From an uncultured Facklamia sp. (GTDB taxonomy: Bacteria; Bacillota; Bacilli; Lactobacillales; Aerococcaceae): 64,000 nt of DNA. The stretch lies in contig CAYYGA010000001.1 in NCBI GenBank assembly GCA_964471435.1, positions 108,944 through 172,943 of the forward strand, in the 5' to 3' direction. The translations under genes were made by a program, and so were the position numbers. Shown here one piece after another: positions 21,109 through 29,416 of the stretch (positions are counted from its first letter, which is position 1; every line of letters begins with the position of its first letter). A model generated the notes under the pieces. It ran no database searches and had not been told where the DNA came from. It saw only the letters and a program-made list of their open reading frames with translations.

Positions 21109-21963
21109 CTATTCTACGTTATTTAAAAGTTTAGCACCTTTAACAACTTGAGATGCTAATACACCAGTTGTAACAGATCCTACTCCACCTGGAACAGGTG
21201 TAATTGCGCCTGCTTTTGGTTCAACTTCATCAAAGCGTACATCTCCTGTTGCTTTGCCGTCTTTATAACCAAAACCAACATCGATTACAGTTGCACCTTC
21301 TTTAATGTAGTCTGGTCCAACTAATCCTAAAGCACCAGTAGCTGAAATAACGATATCTGCCAAAGTAGTATGGATTGTATTATCTTTACTGTAGACGTGT
21401 GTATTAGATACAGTTGCATTACGATTAGAAAGCATCACAGCTAATGGTTTCCCAACTACTGGAGAAGATCCTACAACCGCAACTTCTGCACCTTCTAATT
21501 CATAATCATAGTAATCTAGAATTTCGATACAAGCTTGTGCTGTACTTGGTGCCATAGCTGAAGGGTCATTATTTAATAATTTACCTAAGTTAACTGGATT
21601 TAAAGCATCAACGTCTTTAAATGGGTGTAAACGTTCAGCAATTTCAGCACGCTCGATTCCTTCTGGGAATGGCTGCATAATAATAACACCTGATACAGAT
21701 TCATCTTCGTTTAATTCATCGATGATTTTTATTACATCTTCAGTAGTAGTAGCATCAAGTTCTGTACGAGCTTCTGCATCGATACCACATTTTTCCATAA
21801 CCTTCATTGCACTTTTTTCATAAGCCATTGAAGAAGGATTTTCATCTACACGTAAAACTACTAATTTAGGAACTATTCCTTGTTCGCGTAACTTTTCAGC
21901 TTCTTGCTTTGTACGCTCGCGAATCGCTTTCCCAACTTCTTTACCATCTAAAATTTTTGACAT
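21109..21963 (-). CDS. folD: Bifunctional methylene-THF dehydrogenase/methenyl-THF cyclohydrolase
   Basis: 284 aa. ILDGK...YxxxK active-site region (MAYEKSAMK), GSSPVVGKP NADP-binding loop, and PVPGGVG. Confidence 0.9.
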   Translation of the reverse strand: MSKILDGKEVGKAIRERTKQEAEKLREQGIVPKLVVLRVDENPSSMAYEKSAMKVMEKCGIDAEARTELDATTTEDVIKIIDELNEDESVSGVIIMQPFPEGIERAEIAERLHPFKDVDALNPVNLGKLLNNDPSAMAPSTAQACIEILDYYDYELEGAEVAVVGSSPVVGKPLAVMLSNRNATVSNTHVYSKDNTIHTTLADIVISATGALGLVGPDYIKEGATVIDVGFGYKDGKATGDVRFDEVEPKAGAITPVPGGVGSVTTGVLASQVVKGAKLLNNVE

Positions 21964-22072
21964 AATTTCCTCCGCTTCCTGTTATTTAATATTTCTATAA
22001 GCAAGCAAAACGAACGAGCAGCCATACCCGCCCGTTTCACTTTTGTAAAAAATAATAAACTATTGTTAAGGA

Positions 22073-23743
22073 TTAGAATAATCCAGAGATGTTTCCTTTT
22101 TCGTCAACATCAATACGGTTTGAAGCTGGCTCTTTTGGTAATCCAGGCATCTTCATGATATCACCTGTAAGAGCAACGATGAAGCCTGCACCTGCTGAAA
22201 CTGTTAAATCACGAATAGTAATTTTGAATCCTTCAGGAGCACCTAATAATTTAGCATCATCTGAGAATGAATATTGTGTTTTAGCCATACAGATTGGCAA
22301 GTCGCCATGACCTTGATCTGTAAATTGCTTAATTTTCTTTTTAGCAGCTGGAGTAAATTCAACACCGCTACCACGGTATAATTTTGTAACTAAAGCTTCT
22401 ATTTTTTCTTCGATTGAAGCATCAGTTTCGTAAGCAAACTTAAAGTTATTTTCTTTTTCTGCTTCTTCTACTACTACTTTAGCTAATTCAGTTGTTCCTT
22501 CTCCACCATTTGAGAAGTGAGTTGCTAATACAACTTTAACGCCAACTTTTTCACACTCTTCTTGTAGAGCTTTAACTTCTGCGTCTGTATCAGTTGGGAA
22601 TTGGTTGATTGCTACAACTGGGTTTAGACCAAAGACATTTTGTAAGTTGTCAATGTGACGTAATAAGTTAGGCATACCGTTACGTAAAGCATCTACATCT
22701 TCATCTTTCAAGTCATCTTTAGCTAATCCACCATGCATTTTCAATGCGCGGATTGTTGCTACTACTACCACAGCATCAGGAGTGATTCCAGCTTGACGAG
22801 CTTTGATGTCTAAGAACTTCTCAGCACCTAAGTCAGCACCGAAACCTGCTTCTGTAACTGTATACTCAGCATAATTCATTGCTAATTTTGTAGCGATGAT
22901 TGAGTTACATCCGTGAGCAATATTTGCAAATGGTCCACCGTGAATAAACGCTGGAGTTCCTTCTAATGTTTGTACGATGTTTGGTTTGATTGCATCTTTT
23001 AGTAAAGCAGTGGCTGCACCAGCACCATTAATGTCATCTACAGTAACTGGCTTGTTATCTTTACGAGTATAAGCAACGATCATGTCGCCTAATTTTTGCT
23101 TTAATTCAGCTAATGAATTAGATAAACAGAATGCGGCCATTACTTCTGAAGCTACAACAATATCGTAACCGTCTTCACGTGGAACACCGTCTACTCTACG
23201 TCCTAAACCATTGACGATATTACGTAATTGACGGTCGTTCATGTCAACTACACGTCTCCAAACTACACGGTTAACATCAATATCTAAAGCATTTCCATGA
23301 TGGATATGGTTATCTAATAATGCTGCGATTAAGTTAGTTGCTGCACCAATCGCATGGAAGTCTCCCGTGAAGTGCAGGTTGATATCTTCCATTGGTACTA
23401 CTTGAGCGTAACCTCCACCAGCAGCTCCACCTTTAACTCCGAAAACTGGTCCTAATGACGGCTCACGTAAAGCAACCGCTGCTTTTTTACCAATTTTACT
23501 TAATCCATCTGCTAAACCGATAGATGTTGTAGTTTTACCTTCACCAGCAGGTGTTGGTGTGATGGCAGTAACTAGAATTAATTTTCCTAGGTCCTTGTCA
23601 TCCATATCTAATTGTGTGAAATCAATTTTCGCTTTCGTTTTACCATAAGGCTCTAAAACTTCGTTTGAGATACCTAATTTTGCTGCAACTTCTTCAATCG
23701 GCTGCAATTTGGCTTCTTGTGCGATTTGAATATCTGTCTTCAT
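22073..23743 (-). CDS. fhs: Formate--tetrahydrofolate ligase
   Basis: [11 protein letters not shown] start (ATG 23743). P-loop [16 protein letters not shown]. About 556 aa. Confidence 0.92.
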   Translation of the reverse strand: MKTDIQIAQEAKLQPIEEVAAKLGISNEVLEPYGKTKAKIDFTQLDMDDKDLGKLILVTAITPTPAGEGKTTTSIGLADGLSKIGKKAAVALREPSLGPVFGVKGGAAGGGYAQVVPMEDINLHFTGDFHAIGAATNLIAALLDNHIHHGNALDIDVNRVVWRRVVDMNDRQLRNIVNGLGRRVDGVPREDGYDIVVASEVMAAFCLSNSLAELKQKLGDMIVAYTRKDNKPVTVDDINGAGAATALLKDAIKPNIVQTLEGTPAFIHGGPFANIAHGCNSIIATKLAMNYAEYTVTEAGFGADLGAEKFLDIKARQAGITPDAVVVVATIRALKMHGGLAKDDLKDEDVDALRNGMPNLLRHIDNLQNVFGLNPVVAINQFPTDTDAEVKALQEECEKVGVKVVLATHFSNGGEGTTELAKVVVEEAEKENNFKFAYETDASIEEKIEALVTKLYRGSGVEFTPAAKKKIKQFTDQGHGDLPICMAKTQYSFSDDAKLLGAPEGFKITIRDLTVSAGAGFIVALTGDIMKMPGLPKEPASNRIDVDEKGNISGLF

Positions 23744-23795
23744 TAAAAAAAATTCCCCCTTTAGATAAATCACATAGATTTACTATGCTCTATTC

Positions 23796-23804
23796 ATTAT
23801 AACA
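23796..23804 (-). promoter_or_regulatory. Extended -10 element of the fhs-gcv operon promoter
   Basis: The minus strand reads TGTTATAAT (TGnTATAAT) about 50 nt upstream of the fhs ATG. The -35 is weak (TACAAG). Confidence 0.45.
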
Positions 23805-24088
23805 CAAAATAAAATAATCTCTTGTATTTTACCCTTTAGTATCGCTTCCAACTCCTATAATGAAACGCATTAAATTAATATTTTGTTTTTTTAATCGCTC
23901 CAAAGCCTGCCATCAAGCTATATACACACATTATTTTTTCACCTATTAATCAACTAAGTTGTATAAGACATAATTATAATGACGTAAGCTTTTCCATGTT
24001 TTTTTAGGAGATGAAACTATAAAATTTTAAAATATTCTGAAATAAAGTTTGTGAAAAAAGTACGTAGGTAAAATAATAATTACAAAAA

Positions 24089-25207
24089 TTATACTGCTAT
24101 TACTTTATACATTCTAGAGTTTTCATAACCTAAAACAATTTTATAATATCCACTGACCGCTTCGTCTATTTCGCGGTTTCCAGTATACACCAATAATGGC
24201 TGACCGTTTAAAGTATTCATTTTATTAGGCGTTGCTATAATAGAAATATCCTTTTTGTCTAATTTCGCTAAAACTTTATCGGAGATTTGGTGATTACCCC
24301 GGCCAAATAAATATCCTTGACCTCCCATAGGTGTCACAATTAACTTGGTAGGCTCATCTTTAATGATATCAAGTATCTCTTGTTCATAGACATCTGCTTT
24401 TACAAGTTCTTTATTTTTTATTATATCTACTCCTAAAATTGTCGGCTCTAAGCCAAGTTCCGTCATTATAGGTGCAACTGTGGAGCCTGACCCAATAATA
24501 TAGTAAACATCTTCTTCCATTTTATCGATAACATCCAAAGCAGCTGAAATTTGAGCATCATGATCTGATTGAGGCGTTGGTGATTTTAAGTTTTGAAGAT
24601 GAGTCTCATCATAAGGTACAGATAAGTAGCCGTAGACTTTAGTTATAATTTCATCTCGGCGGAAAGCTTCCTCTTCTATATCAATAACTTCTTCATCCCT
24701 TAATGGAATATCACTATGAGTTAAATATTCAGCGGCTAACTCTCCTGCGTGTTCCGGCGTGGTTGCATAGACCGGTGAATGAATTTTTACTCCTGCAGGA
24801 ATCCCGATTGTTGGAACTTCTAACTTAACAACACTTGCAATATCACGAGCTGTTCCATCTCCGCCCGCAAATAAAATTAAATCTACATCATTCTCCATTA
24901 ATTTCTCAGCTAATTTATAAGTGTCTTCCGGTTGGCTTGCACCTTCCACTTGATGGACTACCTCATAATCTAAGCCGGCTTCTTTAGCTACCGTCTCACC
25001 CATATCACCAGAAGCTACTAAAAGAGTTATCTTATCTTTAATATCTTCTAATTTTTTTAAAGCTTTCAATGCTTTTTCAGGTGCTTCGGGTTTTGCTCCT
25101 CTTTTACGAGCTTCTTCTAAAACATCTTGTCCATCTGTACCTTTTAATCCTACGCGTCCCCCCATACCTGCAATGGGGTTAATGACAATTCCTAATTTCT
25201 TTGACAT
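24089..25207 (-). CDS. ATP-NAD kinase family protein (COG3199/AcoX-like)
   Basis: MSKKLGIVINPIAGMGG start (ATG 25207). Diacylglycerol/NAD-kinase GGDGT motif in LILFAGGDGTARD. About 372 aa. Confidence 0.7.
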   Translation of the reverse strand: MSKKLGIVINPIAGMGGRVGLKGTDGQDVLEEARKRGAKPEAPEKALKALKKLEDIKDKITLLVASGDMGETVAKEAGLDYEVVHQVEGASQPEDTYKLAEKLMENDVDLILFAGGDGTARDIASVVKLEVPTIGIPAGVKIHSPVYATTPEHAGELAAEYLTHSDIPLRDEEVIDIEEEAFRRDEIITKVYGYLSVPYDETHLQNLKSPTPQSDHDAQISAALDVIDKMEEDVYYIIGSGSTVAPIMTELGLEPTILGVDIIKNKELVKADVYEQEILDIIKDEPTKLIVTPMGGQGYLFGRGNHQISDKVLAKLDKKDISIIATPNKMNTLNGQPLLVYTGNREIDEAVSGYYKIVLGYENSRMYKVIAV

Positions 25208-25388
25208 ATTGGTATCCTTCTTTCTATAATTCAATTCGACTTTTATTCTCTATTATAGGAGTTTTATAAATAATTGTCAGTTATTATACTAACAATTCTA
25301 ATTATTGTTTGTGAAATAAGGTGTGGATAGAAGGGAGAAATTTCTTTTTCCCTTTAGATTTAACCTTAACATTTTATTATTTATTAGT

Positions 25389-25433
25389 AAAAAAAATAAG
25401 ACTCTCCCATATATAAAATAAGGAGAAGTCTTA
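25389..25433 (-). terminator. Rho-independent terminator of the 148-aa orphan gene
   Basis: TAAGACTCTCC (25397-25407) pairs with GGAGAAGTCTTA (25422-25433) with one bulge. On the minus strand it is followed by TTTTTTTT. Confidence 0.65.
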
Positions 25434-25490
25434 CAGATTTATAATATAAATATAAGTTTTGACTATAAGTGAATTAAACAAGTATTAAGA

Positions 25491-25937
25491 TTAGGAGATA
25501 TCAAATCGATCATCCACTGTATTTTCTTTATCCACTACAATATATAAGTGCCCATTAGATCCTATTTTAGAAGTCATATGAATGTTATCTGTTCCGCCTT
25601 CTTTAGTCGGTTCAAAAGGAAGTGACACATTCATTTCCTTTCCATTATCATATTTTAAATGAATATATTGGATGTCATCGTTACGTACAATCGTCTCAAA
25701 CATCCCCGTCTCAAGCGTGCCTTGATTAATATTGGTTGACTCAAAGGTATCCGCATCAGGGAAAACTTCGATTTTTAAGGCATGTGCGGGATAAATTTCT
25801 TCAATTTCACCGCCGTGAATACGCCCTATACTTCTTGAAACACGGGTAAGCCAAAAATCACCAATATGCTTAGGATCAACTATCCAATGAGCGCCAGTGT
25901 GAAAATTGAAAGTCAAGGAAATAACTTTCCGACCCAT
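25491..25937 (-). CDS. Hypothetical protein (no recognisable family)
   Basis: 148 aa, no TM or signal peptide. It has its own RBS (GAGGTGG) and its own terminator, and is flanked by roughly 170-250 bp AT-rich spacers. Confidence 0.55.
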   Translation of the reverse strand: MGRKVISLTFNFHTGAHWIVDPKHIGDFWLTRVSRSIGRIHGGEIEEIYPAHALKIEVFPDADTFESTNINQGTLETGMFETIVRNDDIQYIHLKYDNGKEMNVSLPFEPTKEGGTDNIHMTSKIGSNGHLYIVVDKENTVDDRFDIS

Positions 25938-26110
25938 ATTACCACCTCTTCTTTATTTATTAATCATTCTAACCTTATTCTAACACTATCTAAATTTAAT
26001 TGAAACGCTTAATTTTACTATTATCCTGGTCCCTACTATAATAAAACTAAGCTTTCATAATTTACAGGATATTTATTACTATTATTTATAACAAATTAGG
26101 AGGATCTTCA

Positions 26111-26674
26111 TTGAAAAAAGATAAAGGATTTTACTGGAAATTATTCTATTCTACCTTCTTATTAAGTGCTTTTACTTTCGGTGGCGGTTATGTCATCGTG
26201 TCCCTAATGAAAAAACAATTTGTGGATGATTATAAATGGATTGATGATGAAGAAATGCTGGATCTGGTAGCAATAGCTCAATCGTCCCCCGGAGCAATTG
26301 CTGTTAATGGGGCGATAGTCATTGGATACAAATTAGCGGGGTGGTTCGGTATTATGGTTACCACTCTGGCTACTGTTCTCCCCCCTTTTATAATTATTTC
26401 AATTATTTCTTTGTTTTATGCTGCTTTCAGTGAAAATCTCTGGGTAAGTTTGATGCTGGATGGAATGCAGGCAGGGGTGGCCGCGGTGATTGCGGCTGTT
26501 GTACTAGAAATGGGGGCAGGTGTTCTAAAAAGGAAAAGCTTGGTATTAACCAGTGTGATGGTACTCGCCTTTATTGCCAATTACTTTTTTTCCGTCAATG
26601 TGATGCTAATCGTTTTAGCTTGTATCGGTATTGGTTTAATTTATACTTTTATGAATCGAGGTGAAACAGCATGA
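26111..26674 (+). CDS. Chromate transporter family protein, N-terminal-type half (CHR short chain)
   Basis: 187 aa. TTG start after AGGAGG. FTFGGGY motif. Overlaps its partner gene by 4 nt (ATGA). Confidence 0.8.
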   Translation: MKKDKGFYWKLFYSTFLLSAFTFGGGYVIVSLMKKQFVDDYKWIDDEEMLDLVAIAQSSPGAIAVNGAIVIGYKLAGWFGIMVTTLATVLPPFIIISIISLFYAAFSENLWVSLMLDGMQAGVAAVIAAVVLEMGAGVLKRKSLVLTSVMVLAFIANYFFSVNVMLIVLACIGIGLIYTFMNRGETA

Positions 26675-27240
26675 TTTATTGGAATTTATTTTTAGTATTC
26701 TTACAAATCGGCGCTTTTTCTTTTGGAGGAGGGTATGCCGCTCTCCCTTTGATCGAAAATTTAGTTGTCCAAGAGCATGGATGGTTGACTATGGCAGAAT
26801 TTACTGATTTAATTACCATTTCCCAAATGACTCCTGGTCCTATTGCCATTAACAGTGCTACTTTTATTGGCACTCAATTAGGAGGAGTCCCAGGAGCTTT
26901 AGCAGCTACGCTAGGAAGTGTTTTACCTTCTATGTTAATTGTTTCCTTTCTAGCTTACCTTTATAACCGTTACCGTAATATTTCTGTTATGCAAAATGTT
27001 TTAGTTGCTTTGCGTCCAGGAGTCGTAGCTCTGATCGCCGCATCCGGCGTTTCTATTTTAATTACCGCTCTTTGGGGACCTTTAACGTTAACTTTAGCTA
27101 ATATTAATTGGGTTATGGTTATTTTATTTTTAGCTTCTTTATATGCCATTATGAAATTAAGATACAATGCAATTGTAGTGATGCTGTTGGCAGGCGTGGC
27201 GAATACTTTATGGTACATTATAACGACATTCCTAGACTAA
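26671..27240 (+). CDS. Chromate transporter family protein, C-terminal-type half (CHR short chain)
   Basis: 189 aa. FSFGGGYAALPLI and MTPGPIAIN motifs. Paired-gene arrangement like B. subtilis ywrA/ywrB. Confidence 0.8.
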   Translation: MIYWNLFLVFLQIGAFSFGGGYAALPLIENLVVQEHGWLTMAEFTDLITISQMTPGPIAINSATFIGTQLGGVPGALAATLGSVLPSMLIVSFLAYLYNRYRNISVMQNVLVALRPGVVALIAASGVSILITALWGPLTLTLANINWVMVILFLASLYAIMKLRYNAIVVMLLAGVANTLWYIITTFLD

Positions 27241-27286
27241 TAGTTATCAAGTGTATGAAAAATTGACAGTAAGAGCTTGTAAATAC

Positions 27287-28189
27287 TTATTCTGGGGAAG
27301 GAAATATACTGTCTAAAATCGTTTCTTGTGTAGTCTGCACCCACTCTTCTGCCTTTATTAAAGCTGCTGCTTCAGCCCTGGCTTTTTTTTCTGCTTCAAT
27401 TTCCTGTTGCTCCCGCTCTTTAGCAAGTGCAAGGTATTCTTCCAGGGTGAGGCCATGATAATGTATATAAGCTGCGTGTTCGGGCCCTACATACCGGTAA
27501 TGCCAAGGTTCATAGTTATAACCAGTGATATGAGTTTTCCCTTCAGGATATCGCAGGATGAATCCATAGTCAGGCGCATTTTGCTGCAACCAGATGGCAG
27601 ACCCGTAAAATCCATAGTCTCCGGATAAACCCCCGCCAACAGCAGTCCAATCATTCCCTAATAAATCTAAAGCTAAACCCGTCATATGTTCCGATGAATC
27701 GATCGGGGCATAGTATAAATCAGTCCAGTATAAAGCTTCATCGTAAGATAAGCCTTCATTTAAATAAGAATTTACACGAGCTTCTCGATTATAAGCTTGT
27801 TGGGCCATCGAGCGGTAACCTGAAACTAATTGAAAGGAATAACCTGATAAACCCGCAGCATACATCATCTGGTTAAATGGATCTATAATCGCAGCTGCGA
27901 AGGGCTGTCCATTCGGACCATAAGTAACATCTACCCACATTTCACTTTCACGTGGATTCTGGGCATTGACTAAAATTAGAAAAGGGTCTTCAGCATCAAT
28001 CCAAGTTGATAAGTTTTCCAGTAATTCCTCCAACTCAGCTCCTGAAATAGTAGCATTTATTTCTTCTACAGCTGGCAAATTCCAGTGAAAAGAACTTTCT
28101 GCCTTCACAAGAGGAAGATTCCCATTGAAGCTGATGAGTAGGATTAGTATCGTACTAATCAAAACCCACCAATATTTTTTAAAATGCAT
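27287..28189 (-). CDS. D-alanyl-D-alanine carboxypeptidase, VanY/M15B family, secreted
   Basis: Signal peptide (..VKA-ES). Zn-ligand motifs SEHMTGLALD and EPWHYRYVG. Charged coiled-coil-like C-terminal tail. Confidence 0.8.
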   Translation of the reverse strand: MHFKKYWWVLISTILILLISFNGNLPLVKAESSFHWNLPAVEEINATISGAELEELLENLSTWIDAEDPFLILVNAQNPRESEMWVDVTYGPNGQPFAAAIIDPFNQMMYAAGLSGYSFQLVSGYRSMAQQAYNREARVNSYLNEGLSYDEALYWTDLYYAPIDSSEHMTGLALDLLGNDWTAVGGGLSGDYGFYGSAIWLQQNAPDYGFILRYPEGKTHITGYNYEPWHYRYVGPEHAAYIHYHGLTLEEYLALAKEREQQEIEAEKKARAEAAALIKAEEWVQTTQETILDSIFPSPE

Positions 28190-28337
28190 CTTTTTCTCCT
28201 TCTTTACTTAAATATATCGCTTACAGTCATTTTATTCAAAGGTAAGTCGCTAATCAATCCATCAAGCGATTAATTTTGCGCTTAAAGCGAATTACATTTA
28301 CAATATAAAGGATAAGTTTCAAGAAAGGAAGAGATAA

Positions 28338-29306
28338 ATGGGTTTATTAGTCGAAGGTAAATGGCAGGATCAGTGGTATGATACTGAAGAAACAGGAGGT
28401 CGTTTCGTACGTAAAGATTCAGCTTTTCGTAATTGGATTACTAAAGATGGGAGCCCTGGGCCTACAGGTGAAGGCGGATTTAAAGCAGAATCAGATCGAT
28501 ATCATTTATATGTATCCTTGGCTTGTCCATGGGCCAGCCGTACACTAATTTATCGTAAATTAAAAGGGTTAGAAGATATGATTTCAATTTCATCGGTCAA
28601 TCCTTATATGAAAGAAAATGGCTGGACTTTCAAGGATTATCCCGGAGTTATAAAAGATCCGATTATGGATGCAGACTTTATGCACCAAATTTACACGAAA
28701 GCCATGCCTGATTATACCGGACGAGTAACCGTTCCTGTTTTATGGGATAAAAAAACAGCTACCATTGTCAATAATGAATCTTCTGATATTATCCGAATGT
28801 TTAATCAAGCTTTTGATGAAATCGGAGCAAAAGAAGGCGACTACTCTCCTGACCATCTGCTGGAAGATATTGACGCTTGGAATGAAAAAATTTATCCTAA
28901 TATAAATAATGGAGTATACAAAGCAGGTTTTGCTACTGAGCAGAGTGTTTATGAAGAAGAAGTAAACAACATTTTTAAAGCCTTAAATGAGATTGAAGTT
29001 CATTTAGAAAGTAATGAATATTTGTTAGGGGATCAGGTCACTGAAGCCGATTGGCGTTTATTTACCACCTTGGTCCGGTTTGACCCTGTTTACTTTGGAC
29101 ATTTCAAATGCAACCTGCGGCCACTAACTTCTTATAAAAACATTTGGCTTTATACACGCAAGTTGTATAACTGGCCGGGAGTTGCTGAAACAGTTAACTT
29201 TGATCACATTCAAACGCATTATTATGGAAGTCATGACACAATTAATCCAAATGGCATCATACCCGCAGGTCCAGACTTGGATTGGTCCATTGGTGAAGAT
29301 GAGTAA
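28338..29306 (+). CDS. yqjG: Glutathionyl-hydroquinone reductase (Xi-class GST, YqjG/ECM4-like)
   Basis: 322 aa. Diagnostic YHLYVSLACPWASRTL (CPWA) motif and a C-terminal GST domain. Confidence 0.8.
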   Translation: MGLLVEGKWQDQWYDTEETGGRFVRKDSAFRNWITKDGSPGPTGEGGFKAESDRYHLYVSLACPWASRTLIYRKLKGLEDMISISSVNPYMKENGWTFKDYPGVIKDPIMDADFMHQIYTKAMPDYTGRVTVPVLWDKKTATIVNNESSDIIRMFNQAFDEIGAKEGDYSPDHLLEDIDAWNEKIYPNINNGVYKAGFATEQSVYEEEVNNIFKALNEIEVHLESNEYLLGDQVTEADWRLFTTLVRFDPVYFGHFKCNLRPLTSYKNIWLYTRKLYNWPGVAETVNFDHIQTHYYGSHDTINPNGIIPAGPDLDWSIGEDE

Positions 29307-29340
29307 CTTCAAATAGAAATTTTTTACAACTTTTAATAAT

Positions 29341-29411
29341 AAAAACGAATGATACCTAATGTTGGAGGCTGAAGATAGTTTCCAGCTACATTAGGTGAAT
29401 CATTCGTTTTT
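29341..29411. terminator. Bidirectional terminator between convergent genes
   Basis: AAAAACGAATGATACCTAATGT (29341-29362) pairs imperfectly with ACATTAGGTGAATCATTCGTTTTT (29388-29411). Confidence 0.75.
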
Positions 29412-29416
29412 TACTT

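Noticed and set aside
20835-21134. Antisense or embedded ORFs of 60-106 aa. Examples: 2518-2751, 4769-5086, 5798-6115, 7238-7477, 20835-21134, 22089-22310, 31280-31477, 36597-36800, 37233-37487, 38533-38754, 47396-47611, 51451-51771, 53051-53397, 58471-58704.
   Set aside because: All lie inside, and opposite to or out of frame with, confidently assigned genes. They lack an RBS and have low-complexity or biased composition, so they are typical spurious ORFs.
24031-24045. CodY-box-like AATATTCTGAAATAA.
   Set aside because: It has four mismatches to AATTTTCWGAAAATT in very AT-rich DNA and lies about 240 nt upstream of the candidate promoter. This is not distinguishable from chance.
23744-24088. 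Possible glycine or THF riboswitch in the 345-bp region upstream of fhs.
   Set aside because: No GGAGAG...ACCGAAGGGGCAA-type glycine aptamer and no THF aptamer motifs appear on the minus strand. The best promoter (TGTTATAAT at 23796-23804) leaves only about a 45-nt 5' UTR. An Infernal scan would be decisive.
25321-25416. A 31-codon GTG-initiated ORF (VWIEGRNFFFPLDL...) and a small GGGAGAAA/TTTTTCCC hairpin in the spacer downstream of the orphan gene.
   Set aside because: There is no convincing RBS spacing, it has a non-ATG start, and it overlaps the orphan gene's terminator. The evidence is insufficient.
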